Shown one piece after another: positions 1 to 14,000 of a stretch of DNA of 64,000 nucleotides. The stretch comes from Squalus acanthias. Its lineage: Eukaryota. The stretch covers positions 2,296,001 to 2,360,000 of the forward strand of contig JASTWF010000033.1 of assembly GCA_030390025.1 (NCBI GenBank), given 5' to 3'. The translations under genes were made by a program, and so were the position numbers. The first letter of the stretch is position 1; every line of letters begins with the position of its first letter. The notes below the pieces were generated by a model that did no database searches, was not told the DNA's origin, and saw only the letters and a program-made list of their open reading frames with translations.

Positions 1-270
1 TGTGAGGCAAACCGCTATGCTTGTAGTTTCGGTAGGGAAGTAACATTTGATCCGAACGTACATATTATAATTAGAAGTCTGTTGCTAAGGCCATGTGATT
101 GGATGAATAATGTATAATAGGAATCTCATACCACTGTAATTTCGAGAAGAAGCAAGTCACAAGACTGCGGAGTTTATGGCATCTTCTCCCAGAGATCTCT
201 GAATATTAATAAACTGTTTGCTTGTAACTATCAACACAGACTGGAGTGAAGTAATTTCTCCACAACAACA
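1..270 (+). mobile_element. Possible 3' part of an LTR (5' end outside the window)
   Basis: TATA-like TGTATAATAG near 111-120, AATAAA at 208-213, and an end in ...CCACAACA(ACA) just before unrelated sequence. This layout is LTR-like, but no partner LTR or TSD is visible. Confidence 0.3.
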
Positions 271-302
271 CCTACCATGATTGGATTGGGAGTGATTTAA
301 AT

Positions 303-401
303 AGAAGAATGAGCGGGGATTTCATCGAAACATATAAAATTCTTACGGGTCTGGACAAACTAGATGCAGGAAGAATGTTCCCGATGGTCGAAGAGTCCAG
401 A
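303..401 (+). mobile_element. CR1-clade LINE ORF2 C-terminal fragment
   Basis: Translates as RRMSGDFIETYKILTGLDKLDAGRMFPMVEESR, which matches the CR1 motif RRxRGDLIETYKILxGLD...RMFP. It is homologous to the LRGDLIEVFTILSGTDSVDRAK segment in the array units. Confidence 0.8.
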
Positions 402-409
402 TTCTTACC

Positions 410-2055
410 TGTATGTACCTGAAACACCACTTTCAAAAGGGGAATGAATGTTTGGGTTTTTAGTTTAGGTAATACAGGGGAAGGTTGGTTTTCGGGGATC
501 GGAAATTTTGCTCACCTGTTAATGATACTAATTCAGTGTTAGTATCAAAGTGGGGGATGTTGGCTTCGCAAAATCCCCCAGAAACTCGAACAGAGCCCTA
601 AAGGGAGTGATTTTTGAACTTTTCATACAAACTTGGGATGATGGGGCCTTAGTGAAGTGATTTGATGTAAAAACCTAAAGATCAGGGAAGAAAAACCTGA
701 GGAAACTGATTTTTTTTAAATCTTATTGTTGGGAGAGACATTTTTTCACAGACACAAGCTGCGAGGGGCGTGGCCGGTCAGTGAACAGATCAAGCTGTCT
801 GGGAATTGTTTGAGACAAAGCAAAACTCACAAACACATTCAAATATGGATCCCCAGGGGCAAACAAGATGCTGGAAATCTAAAAACGATTCAATGACAAT
901 ATAACTTCGATCACACAGTTTCATAGCCATTATCCCATCAAAAAAACCAATCAGCCAGTTATCCACAGAACAGATTTAAAAGACCGCCAACAGAAGGACA
1001 ATAGGGTGGAGAATTGGCGCGTAGATAAGGCTGTGTTTAACTCGGAAAACGATTAACACTAAGCAAAAACCATTGGAACTGGCGAGCCCGCCAAAAACTA
1101 GACAATTGGACTAAGCAAGGTTTATTTACAATCAAAAACGAATTCGTTTTAGTCAGGGGTTTTTGGGCGCGAAAAAGAAACAGTATAATTTGAGAGCCTG
1201 TGCCATCATGTCTCTCTCTTTCGGACTGACTGACGACGCGGACACAGCTCTCTCCCTGCTCCAGCAAAACTTACCACAAGCCACGAGGAAGAAGGCCAGA
1301 AGATCAGCACGCAAGAAGAAACCAGAGCGACTGCCTCAGTGACCATCAGACACCTCGCAGCAACAAGGGCCTTACGGAGTCCTTTTAAACAAAAGACTCT
1401 AATATCCTGTCAAGGATTCGTTGGTGAGCATTATCCCTGATCTCCTGAAACCAAAAACCTAGCCAGATAGTGGGATCTTTGGGAGGGATAAGGTTTTGTT
1501 TGATATATTGTCATTTCCCTCGCTTGCACCGTGTGTTCCCCGAATCTGTGTTTAAGTAATAAGTGTGTTTCAAGTTTGTTACTTTTTTCTTTTAATAAAG
1601 TAAAATTCTTTCATCAGAACCTGTATACTGCAATTTTGCTCACAACCCGGGCAAGGCGGTGGCATAGTGGTTAGCATTAGAGCCGGGTTCGAAACCGGCC
1701 CCGGGTGACTGTCTGTGTGGAGTGTGCGCATTCTCCCTGTGTCTGCGTGGGTTTCCTCCGGGTGCTCCTGTTTTATCCCACAGTCCAAAGATGTGCGGGT
1801 TAGGTAGATTTGGCTATGATAAATTGACCCTTAGTGTTGGGGGGATTAAATACGTGGGGTAACGGGGATAGGGTGGGATATGTGTCTGTGCAGGCTCGAT
1901 GGGCCGAAATGGCCTCTATCTGCACTGTGGGGCTTCTGTGACTCGGTGAACCCCTAAATAAGCCCATAGTCTAGAAACCGGAGGGGTGTTGGAGCGATTC
2001 AAAACGCTCACTGTGTCAGAAAGCGAAGGCTGACCCCATTAAGATATCCCTTACA
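410..2055 (+). mobile_element. Unclassified LTR-like segment interrupted by a SINE
   Basis: Non-coding, with AATAAA at 1594-1599 in a T-rich context. It ends in ...CCCTTACA (2055) exactly where the satellite starts. The 5' boundary is not identifiable. Confidence 0.25.
1649..1942 (+). mobile_element. HE1-like tRNA-derived V-SINE
   Basis: Head with A box TGGCATAGTGG and B box GGTTCGAAACC, with a shortened spacer. V-domain CTGTGTGGAG...TGCGTGGGTTTCCTCCGGGTGCTCC...CCCACAGTCCAAAGATGTGCGGGTTAGGT. CR1-like tail GCTCGATGGGCCGAAATGGCCT...CTGCACTGT. Confidence 0.85.
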
Positions 2056-5000
2056 ATGGTATCTGTCAATTCACTTTCCAAATCCATTGTTAGTATCTGT
2101 CCATTCACTTTCCCAATCCATTGAGGGCATCTGTCCATTCACGTTCCCAATCCAATGATGGTAGCTGTCCATTCGTTTTCTCAATCCAATGATGGTATCT
2201 GTCCACTCACTTTCCCAATCCAATGATGGAATCTGTCCATTCACTTTCTAAATCCATTGATGGTGTCTGTCCATTCACTTTCCCAATCCAATGATGGCAT
2301 CTGTCCATTCACTTTCCCAATCCTTTGATGGTATCTATCCATTCACTTTCCCAATCCATTTGATGGAATCTGTTCATTCACTTTCCCAATCCAATGATGT
2401 TATCTGTCCATTTAAATTCCCAATCCATTGATGGTATCTGTTCAATCACTTTCCGCATCCATTGAGGGTATCTGTTCATTCACTTTCCAATCAAATGATG
2501 ATATCTCTCCATTCACTTTCCCAATCCATTGGTGGTATCAGTCCATTCACTTTCCCAATCCAATGATGGGATCAGTCCATTCACTTTCCCAATCCAATAA
2601 TGGTATCTGTTCATTCACTTTCCCAATCCATTGTTCGTATCTGTCCATTCACTTTCCCAATCCATGGATGGTATCTATCCATTTACTTTCTCAATCTAAT
2701 GACGGTATATGTCCATTCAATTTCCAAAACCATTGATGATATCTGTCCACTCACTTTCTCAAGCAAATGATGGTATCTATCCATTCCCTTTCCAAATGCA
2801 TTGATGTTATCTATCCATTCACTTTCCAAATCCATTGTTAGTATCTGTCCGTTCACTTTATCAATACAACGATGGTATCTGTCTTTTCACTTTCTATATC
2901 CTTGATGGTATCTGTTCATTCACTTTCCAACTCCATTGGTGGTATCTGTTCATTCACTTTCTGAATCCATTGATGGTATCTGTCCATTCACTTTCTGAAT
3001 CCATTGATGGTATCTGTTCATTCACTTTCCCAATCCATTGATGGTATCTGTCCATTCACTTTCCCACACCACTGATGGTATCTGTCCATTCACTTTCTGC
3101 ATCCATTGATGAAATCTGTCCATTCACTTTCTGAATCCATTGATGGTATCAGTCCACTCACTTTCTCAATCCATTGATGAAATCTGTCCATTCACTTTCT
3201 GAATCCATTGATGGTATCTGTCCATTCACTTTCTCAATCCATTGATGAAATCTGTCCATTCACTTTCTCAATCCATTGATGGTGTCTGTCCATTCACTTT
3301 CTCAATCCATTGATGGTACCTGTCCATTCACTTTCCCAATCCATTGATGGTATCTGTCCATTCACTTTCTCAATCCATTGATGGTATCTGTCCATTCACT
3401 TTCTCAATCCATTGATGGTATCTGTCCATTCACTTTCTCAATCCATTGATGGTATCTGTCCATTCACTTTCTCAATCCATTGATGGTATCTGTCCATTCA
3501 CTTTCCCAATCCATTGATGGTATCTGTCCATTCACTTTCTCAATCCATTGATGATATCTGTCCATTCACTTTCTCAATCCATTGATGGTATATGTCCATT
3601 CACTTTCCCAATCCATTGATGGTATCTGTCCATTCACTTTCCCAATCCATTGATGGTATCTGTCCATTCACTTTCTCAATCCATTGATGTTATCTGTCCA
3701 TTCACTTTCCCAATCCATTGATGGTATCTGTCCATTCACTTTCCCAATCCATTGATGGTATCTGTCCATTCACTTTCTCAATCCAATGATGGTATCTGTC
3801 CATTCACTTTCCCAATCCAATGATGTTATCCGCCCATTCACTTTCCCAATCCATTGATGGTATCTGTTCCTTCACTTTCTGCATCCATTGATGAAATCTG
3901 TCCATTCAATTTCCCAATCCATTGATGGTATCTGCCCATTCACTTTCCCATTCGATTGATGGTATCTATCCATTCACTTTCCCAATCCATTGTTGGTATC
4001 TGTCCATTTACTTTCGGAATCCATTGATGGTATCTTTCCATTCACTTTCTCAATCCAATGATGGTACGGTCATTCACTTTCCCAATCCATTGATGGTACC
4101 TGTCCATTTACTTTCTCAATCCAATGATGGTATCTGTCCATTCAATTTCCAAAACCAAAGGTGGTATTTGTCGATTCACTTTCCCAATCCATTGATGGTA
4201 TCTGTCCATTCACTTTCTCAATCCATTGATGGTGTCTGTCAATTCACTTTCCAAATCCAATGATGGTATCTGTCCATTCACTTTCCCAATCCATTGATGG
4301 TATCTGTCCATTCACTTTCAAAATCCATTGATGGTATCTGATCATTCACTTTCCCAATCCATTGATGGTATCTGTCCATTCACTTTCTCAATCCATTGAT
4401 GGCATCTGTCAATTCACCTTCTCAATACATTGATGGTATCTATCCATTCACTTTCCCAATCCAATGATGGTATCTGTCCATTCACTTTCCCAATCCATTG
4501 ATGGTATCTGTCCATTCACTTTCAAAATCCATTGATGGTATCTGTACATTCACTCTCCCAATCCGTTGATGGTATCTGTCCATTCACTTTCAAAATCCAT
4601 TGATGGTATCTGTCCATTCACTTTCACAATCCATTGATGGTATCTGTCCATTCACTTTCACAATCCATTGATGGTATCTGTCCATTCACTTTCCCAATCC
4701 ATTATTGGTATCTGTCAATTCAATTTCCCAATCCATTGATGGTATCTGTCCATTCACTTTCCCAATGAATTATTGGTATCTGTCCATTCAATTTCCCAAT
4801 CCATTATTGGTATCTGTCCATTCAATTTCCCAATCCATTGATGGTATCTGTGCATTCACTTTCTCAATCCATTATTGGTATCTGTCCATTCAATGTCCCA
4901 ATCCATTGATGGTATCTGTCAATTCACTTTCTCAATACATTGATGGTATCTATCCATTCACTTTCCCAATCCAATGATGGTATCTGTCCATTCACTTTCC

Positions 5001-8000
5001 CAATCCATTGATGGTATCTGTCCATTCACTTTCCCAATCCATTATTGGTATCTGTCCATTCAATTTCCCAATCCATTATTGGTATCTGTCCATTCACTTT
5101 CACAATCCATTGATGGTATCTGTCCATTCACATTCTCAATCCATTGATGGTATCTGTCCATTCACTTTCCCAATCCATTTATGGTATCTGTTCATTCATT
5201 ATCCCAATCCATTGATGGTATCTGTCCATTCACTTTCCCAATCTATTGAGAGTATCTGTCCATTCACTTTCCCAATCCATTGATGGCATCTGGCCGTTCA
5301 CTTTCTCAATCCAATGATGGTATCTGTCCATTTACTTTTCAAATCCATTAATGGTATCTGTACATTCACTTTCCCAATCCAATTATGGTATCTGTCCATT
5401 CACTTTCCCAATCCATTGATGGTAACTGTCCATGCACTTTGCCAATCCAAGGACGGTATCTGTCCATTCACATTTTCAATCCATTGATGGTATCTGTCCA
5501 TTCACTTTGCCAATCCAATTATGGTATCTTTCCATTCACTTTCCCAATCCATTGATGGTAACTGTCCATTCACTTTGCCAATATAATGGTGGTATCTGTC
5601 CATTCACTTTCTCAATCCATTGGTGGTATTAGTCCGTTCACTTTCCCAATCCAATAATGGTATCTGTCCATTCACTTTCCCAATCCATTGTTGGTATCTG
5701 ACCATTCACCTTCACAATCCATTGATGGTATCTGTCCATTTACCTTCTGAATCCATTGTTGATATCTGACCATTCACTTTCACAATCCATTGATGGTATC
5801 TGACCATTCACCTTCAGAATCCATTGTTGGTTTCTGTCCATTCAGCTTCTCAATCCATTGATGGTATCCGTTCATTTACTTTCCTAATCCAATGATAGTA
5901 TCTGTCCTTTTACTTTCTCAATCCATTAATGATATCTGTCCATTAACCTTCCCAATCCAATGATGGTTTCTATCCATTCACTTTCTCAATCCATTGATGG
6001 TAACTGTCCATTCACTTTCCCAATCCATTGATGGTATCTGTCCATTCACTTTCTCAATCCATTGATGTTATCTGTCCATTCACTTTCCCAATCCATTGAT
6101 GGTATCTGTCCATTCACTTTCCCAATCCATTGATGGTATCTGTCCATTCACTTTCTCAATCCAATGATGGTATCTGTCCATTCACTTTCCCAATCCAATG
6201 ATGTTATCCATCCATTCACTTTCCCAATCCATTGATGGTATCTGTTCATTCACTTTCTGCATCCATTGATGAAATCTGTCCATTCAATTTCCCAATCCAT
6301 TGATGGTATCTGCCCATTCACTTTCCCATTCGATTGATGGTATCTGTCCATTCACTTTCCCAATCCATTGTTGGTATCTGTCCATTTACTTTCGGAATCC
6401 ATTGATGGTATCTTTCCATTCACTTTCTCAATCCAATGATGGTACGGTCATTCACTTTCCCAATCCATTGATGGTACCTGTCCATTTACTTTCTCAATCC
6501 AATGATGGTATCTGTCCATTCAATTTCCAAAACCAAAGGTGGTATTTGTCGATTCACTTTCCCAATCCATTGATGGTATCTGCCCATTCACTTTCTCAAT
6601 CCATTGATGGTATCTGTCAATTCACTTTCCCAATCCAATGATGGTATCTGTCCATTCACTTTCCCAATCCATTGATGGTATCTGTCCATTCACTTTCACA
6701 ATCCATTGATGGTATCTGTCCATTCACTTTCCCAATCCATTATTGGTATCTGTCAATTCAATTTCCCAATCCATTGATGGTATCTGTCCATTCACTTTCC
6801 CAATGAATTATTGGTATCTGTCCATTCAATTTCCCAATCCATTATTGGTATCTGTCCATTCAATTTCCCAATCCATTGATGGTATCTGTGCATTCACTTT
6901 CTCAATCCATTATTGGTATCTGTCCATTCAATGTCCCAATCCATTGATGGTATCTGATCATTCACTTTCCCAATCCATTGATGGTATCTGTCCATTCACT
7001 TTCTCAATCCATTGATGGCATCTGTCAATTCACCTTCTCAATACATTGATGGTATCTATCCATTCACTTTCCCAATCCAATGATGGTATCTGTCCATTCA
7101 CTTTCCCAATCCATTGATGGTATCTGTCCATTCACTTTCAAAATCCATTGATGGTATCTGTACATTCACTCTCCCAATCCGTTGATGGTATCTGTCCATT
7201 CACTTTCAAAATCCATTGATGGTATCTGTCCATTCACTTTCACAATCCATTGATGGTATCTGTCCATTCACTTTCACAATCCATTGATGGTATCTGTCCA
7301 TTCACTTTCCCAATCCATTATTGGTATCTGTCAATTCAATTTCCCAATCCATTGATGGTATCTGTCCATTCACTTTCCCAATGAATTATTGGTATCTGTC
7401 CATTCAATTTCCCAATCCATTATTGGTATCTGTCCATTCAATTTCCCAATCCATTGATGGTATCTGTGCATTCACTTTCTCAATCCATTATTGGTATCTG
7501 TCCATTCAATGTCCCAATCCATTGATGGTATCTGTCAATTCACTTTCTCAATACATTGATGGTATCTATCCATTCACTTTCCCAATCCAATGATGGTATC
7601 TGTCCATTCACTTTCCCAATCCATTGATGGTATCTGTCCATTCACTTTCCCAATCCATTATTGGTATCTGTCCATTCAATTTCCCAATCCATTATTGGTA
7701 TCTGTCCATTCACTTTCACAATCCATTGATGGTATCTGTCCATTCACATTCTCAATCCATTGATGGTATCTGTCCATTCACTTTCCCAATCCATTTATGG
7801 TATCTGTTCATTCATTATCCCAATCCATTGATGGTATCTGTCCATTCACTTTCCCAATCTATTGAGAGTATCTGTCCATTCACTTTCTCAATCCAATGAT
7901 GGTATCTGTCCATTTACTTTTCAAATCCATTAATGGTATCTGTACATTCACTTTCCCAATCCAATTATGGTATCTGTCCATTCACTTTCCCAATCCATTG

Positions 8001-11000
8001 ATGGTAACTGTCCATGCACTTTGCCAATCCAAGGACGGTATCTGTCCATTCACATTTTCAATCCATTGATGGTATCTGTCCATTCACTTTGCCAATCCAA
8101 TTATGGTATCTTTCCATTCACTTTCCCAATCCATTGATGGTAACTGTCCATTCACTTTGCCAATATAATGGTGGTATCTGTCCATTCACTTTCTCAATCC
8201 ATTGGTGGTATTAGTCCGTTCACTTTCCCAATCCAATAATGGTATCTGTCCATTCACTTTCCCAATCCATTGTTGGTATCTGACCATTCACCTTCACAAT
8301 CCATTGATGGTATCTGTCCATTTACCTTCTGAATCCATTGTTGATATCTGACCATTCACTTTCACAATCCATTGATGGTATCTGACCATTCACCTTCAGA
8401 ATCCATTGTTGGTATCTGTCCATTCAGCTTCTCAATCCATTGATGGTATCCGTTCATTTACTTTCCTAATCCAATGATAGTATCTGTCCTTTTACTTTCT
8501 CAATCCATTAATGATATCTGTCCATTAACCTTCCCAATCCAATGATGGTTTCTATCCATTCACTTTCTCAATCCATTGATGGTAACTGTCCATTCACTTT
8601 CCCAATCCATTGATGGTATCTGTCCATTCACTTTCTCAATCCATTGATGTTATCTGTCCATTCACTTTCCCAATCCATTGATGGTATCTGTCCATTCACT
8701 TTCCCAATCCATTGATGGTATCTGTCCATTCACTTTCTCAATCCAATGATGGTATCTGTCCATTCACTTTCCCAATCCAATGATGTTATCCATCCATTCA
8801 CTTTCCCAATCCATTGATGGTATCTGTTCATTCACTTTCTGCATCCATTGATGAAATCTGTCCATTCAATTTCCCAATCCATTGATGGTATCTGCCCATT
8901 CACTTTCCCATTCGATTGATGGTATCTGTCCATTCACTTTCCCAATCCATTGTTGGTATCTGTCCATTTACTTTCGGAATCCATTGATGGTATCTTTCCA
9001 TTCACTTTCTCAATCCAATGATGGTACGGTCATTCACTTTCCCAATCCATTGATGGTACCTGTCCATTTACTTTCTCAATCCAATGATGGTATCTGTCCA
9101 TTCAATTTCCAAAACCAAAGGTGGTATTTGTCGATTCACTTTCCCAATCCATTGATGGTATCTGCCCATTCACTTTCTCAATCCATTGATGGTATCTGTC
9201 AATTCACTTTCCCAATCCAATGATGGTATCTGTCCATTCACTTTCCCAATCCATTGATTGTATCTGTCCATTCACTTTCCCAATCCATTGATGGTATCTG
9301 TCCATTCACTTTCAAAATCCATTGATGGTATCTGATCATTCACTTTCCCAATCCATTGATGGTATCTGTCCATTCACTTTCAAAATCCATTGATGGTATC
9401 TGTCCATTCACTTTCACAATCCATTGATGGTATCTGTCCATTCACTTTCACAATCCATTGATGGTATCTGTCCATTCACTTTCCCAATCCATTATTGGTA
9501 TCTGTCCATTCAATTTCCCAATCCATTATTGGTATCTGTCCATTCAATTTCCCAATCCATTGATGGTATCTGTCCATTCACTTTCCCAATCCATTATTGG
9601 TATCTGTCCATTCAATTTCCCAATCCATTGATGGTACCTCTCCATTTACTTTCTCAATCCAATGATGGTATCTGTCCATTCAATTTCCAAAACCAAAGGT
9701 GGTATTTGTCGATTCACTTTCCCAATCCATTGATGTTATCTGTCCATTCACTTTCTCAATCCATTGATGGCATCTGTCAATTCACCTTCTCAATACATTG
9801 ATGGTATCTATCCATTCACTTTCCCAATCCAATGATGGTATCTGTCCATTCACTTTCCCAATCCATTGATGGTATCTGTCCATTCACTTTCAAAATCCAT
9901 TGATGGTATCTGTACATTCACTCTCCCAATCCGTTGATGGTATCTGTCCATTCACTTTCAAAATCCATTGATGGTATCTGTCCATTCACTTTCACAATCC
10001 ATTGATGGTATCTGTCCATTCACTTTCACAATCCATTGATGGTATCTGTCCATTCACTTTCCCAATCCATTATTGGTATCTGTCAATTCAATTTCCCAAT
10101 CCATTGATGGTATCTGTCCATTCACTTTCCCAATGAATTATTGGTATCTGTCCATTCAATTTCCCAATCCATTATTGGTATCTGTCCATTCAATTTCCCA
10201 ATCCATTGATGGTATCTGTGCATTCACTTTCTCAATCCATTATTGGTATCTGTCCATTCAATGTCCCAATCCATTGATGGTATCTGTCAATTCACTTTCT
10301 CAATACATTGATGGTATCTATCCATTCACTTTCCCAATCCATTGATGGTATCTGTCCATTCACTTTCCCAATCCATTGATGGTATCTGTCCATTCACTTT
10401 CCCAATCCATTGATGGTATCTGTCCATTCACTTTCAAAATCCATTGATGGTATCTGTCCATTCACTTTCACAATCCATTGATGGTATCTGTCCATTCACT
10501 TTCACAATCCATTGATGGTATCTGTCCATTCACTTTCCCAATCCATTATTGGTATCTGTCAATTCAATTTCCCAATCCATTATTGGTATCTGTCCATTTA
10601 TTTTCCCAATCCATTGATGGTATCTGTCCATTCACTTTCCCAATCCATTATTGGTATCTGTCTATTCAGTTTCCCAATCCATTATTGGTATCTGTCCATT
10701 CAATTTCCCAATCCATTGATGGTATCTGTCCATTTACTTTCTCAGTCCATTGATGGTATCTGTCCATTCACTTTCCCAATCCATTATTGGTATCTGTCCA
10801 TTCAATTTCCCAATCCATTATTGGTATCTGTCCATTCACTTTCACAATCCATTAATGGTATCTGTCCATTCACATTCTCAATCCATTGATGGTATCTGTC
10901 CATTCACTTTCCCAATCCATTTATGGTATCTGTTCATTCACTATCCCAATCCATTGATGGTATCTGTCCATTCACTTTCCCAATCTATTCAGAGTATCTG

Positions 11001-14000
11001 TCCATTCACTTTCCCAATCCATTGATGGTATCTGGCCGTTCACTTTCCCAATCCAATGATGGTATCTGTCCATTCACTTTCCCAATCCATTGATGGTAAC
11101 TGTCCATTCACTTTGCCAATCCAAGGATGGTATCTGTCCATTCACATTTTCAATCCATTGATGGTATCTGTCCATTCACTTTGCCAATCCAATTATGGTA
11201 TCTTTCCATTCACTTTCCCAATCCATTGATGGTAACTGTCCATTCACTTTGCCAATATAATGGTGGTATCTGTCCATTCACTTTCTCAATCCATTGGTGG
11301 TATTAGTCCGTTCACTTTCCCAATCCAATAATGGTATCTGTCCATTCACTTTCCCAATCCATTGTTGGTATCTGACCATTCACCTTCACAATCCATTGAT
11401 GGTATCTGTCCATTTACCTTCTGAATCCATTGTTGATATCTGACCATTCACTTTCACAATCCATTGATGGTATCTGACCATTCACCTTCAGAATCCATTG
11501 TTGGTATCTGTCCATTCAGCTTCTCAATCCATTGATGGTATCCGTTCATTTACTTTCCTAATCCAATGATAGAATCTGTCCTTTTACTTTCTCAATCCAT
11601 TAATGATATCTGTCCATTAACCTTGCCAATCCAATGATGGTTTCTATCCATTCACTTTCTCAATCCATTGATGGTAACTGTCCATTCACTTTCCCAATCC
11701 ATTGATGGTATCTGTCCATTCACTTTCTCAATCCATTGATGTTATCTGTCCATTCACTTTCCCAATCCAATGATGGTATCTGTCCATTCACTTTCCCAAT
11801 CCAATGATGTTATCCGTCCATTCACTTTCCCAATCCATTGATGGTATCTGTTCATTCACTTTCTGCATCCATTGATGAAATCTGTCCATTCAATTTCCCA
11901 ATCCATTGATGGTATCTGCCCATTCACTTTCCCATTCGATTGATGGTATCTGTCCATTCACTTTCCCAATCCATTGTTGGTATCTGTCCATTTACTTTCG
12001 GAATCCATTGACGGTATCTTTCCATTCACTTTCTCAATCCAATGATGGTACGGTCATTCACTTTCCCAATCCATTGATGGTACCTGTCCATTTACTTTCT
12101 CAATCCAATGATGGTATCTGTCCATTCAATTTCCAAAACCAAAGGTGGTATTTGTCGATTCACTTTCCCAATCCATTGATGGTATCTGTCCATTCACTTT
12201 CTCAATCCATTGATGGTATCTGTCAATTCACTTTCCCAATCCAATGATAGTATCTGTCCATTCACTTTCCCAATCCATTGATTGTATCTGTCCATTCACT
12301 TTCCCAATCCATTGATGGTATCTGTCCATTCACTTTCAAAATCCATTGATGGTATCTGATCATTCACTTTCCCAATCCATTGATGGTATCTGTCCATTCA
12401 CTTTCAAAATCCATTGATGGTATCTGTCCATTCACTTTCACAATCCATTGATGGTATCTGTCCATTCACTTTCACAATCCATTGATGGTATCTGTCCATT
12501 CACTTTCCCAATCCATTATTGGTATCTGTCCATTCAATTTCCCAATCCATTATTGGTATCTGTCCATTTACTTTCTCAATCCATTGATGGTATATGTCCA
12601 TTCACTTTCCCAATCCATTATTGGTATCTGTCCATTCAATTTCCCAATCCATTGATGGTACCTGTCCATTTACTTTCTCAATCCAATGATGGTATCTGTC
12701 CATTCAATTTCCAAAACCAAAGGTGGTATTTGTCGATTCACTTTCCCAATCCATTGATGGTATCTGTCCATTCACTTTCCCAATCCATTGATGGTATCTG
12801 TCCATTCACTTTCTCAATCCATTGGTGGTATTAGTCCGTTCACTTTCCCAATCCAATAATGGTATCTGTCCATTCACTTTCCCAATCCATTGTTGGTATC
12901 TGACCATTCACCTTCACAATCCATTGATGGTATCTGTCCATTTACCTTCTGAATCCATTGTTGATATCTGACCATTCACTTTCACAATCCATTGATGGTA
13001 TCTGACCATTCACCTTCAGAATCCATTGTTGGTATCTGTCCATTCAGCTTCTCAATCCATTGATGGTATCCGTTCATTTACTTTCCTAATCCAATGGTAG
13101 AATCTGTCCTTTTACTTTCTCAATCCATTAATGATATCTGTCCATTAACCTTGCCAATCCAATGATGGTTTCTATCCATTCACTTTCTCAATCCATTGAT
13201 GGTAACTGTCCATTCACTTTCCCAATCCATTGATGGTATCTGTCCATTCACTTTCTCAATCCATTGATGTTATCTGTCCATTCACTTTCCCAATCCAATG
13301 ATGGTATCTGTCCATTCACTTTCCCAATCCAATGATGTTATCCGTCCATTCACTTTCCCAATCCATTGATGGTATCTGTTCATTCACTTTCTGCATCCAT
13401 TGATGAAATCTGTCCATTCAATTTCCCAATCCATTGATGGTATCTGCCCATTCACTTTCCCATTCGATTGATGGTATCTGTCCATTCACTTTCCCAATCC
13501 ATTGTTGGTATCTGTCCATTTACTTTCGGAATCCATTGACGGTATCTTTCCATTCACTTTCTCAATCCAATGATGGTACGGTCATTCACTTTCCCAATCC
13601 ATTGATGGTACCTGTCCATTTACTTTCTCAATCCAATGATGGTATCTGTCCATTCAATTTCCAAAACCAAAGGTGGTATTTGTCGATTCACTTTCCCAAT
13701 CCATTGATGGTATCTGTCCATTCACTTTCTCAATCCATTGATGGTATCTGTCAATTCACTTTCCCAATCCATTGATGGTAACTGTCCATTCACTTTGCCA
13801 ATCCAAGGATGGTATCTGTCCATTCACATTTTCAATCCATTGATGGTATCTGTCCATTCACTTTGCCAATCCAATTATGGTATCTTTCCATTCACTTTCC
13901 CAATCCATTGATGGTAACTGTCCATTCACTTTGCCAATATAATGGTGGTATCTGTCCATTCACTTTCTCAATCCATTGGTGGTATTAGTCCGTTCACTTT

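Noticed and set aside
1037..1788. Two short minus-strand ORFs (76 and 69 aa)
   Set aside because: They have non-ATG starts and no recognisable domain, and one is the antisense of the SINE V-domain.
1839..1877. G-run cluster with G-quadruplex potential
   Set aside because: It is an ordinary internal part of the HE1-like SINE body, with no evidence of locus-specific function.
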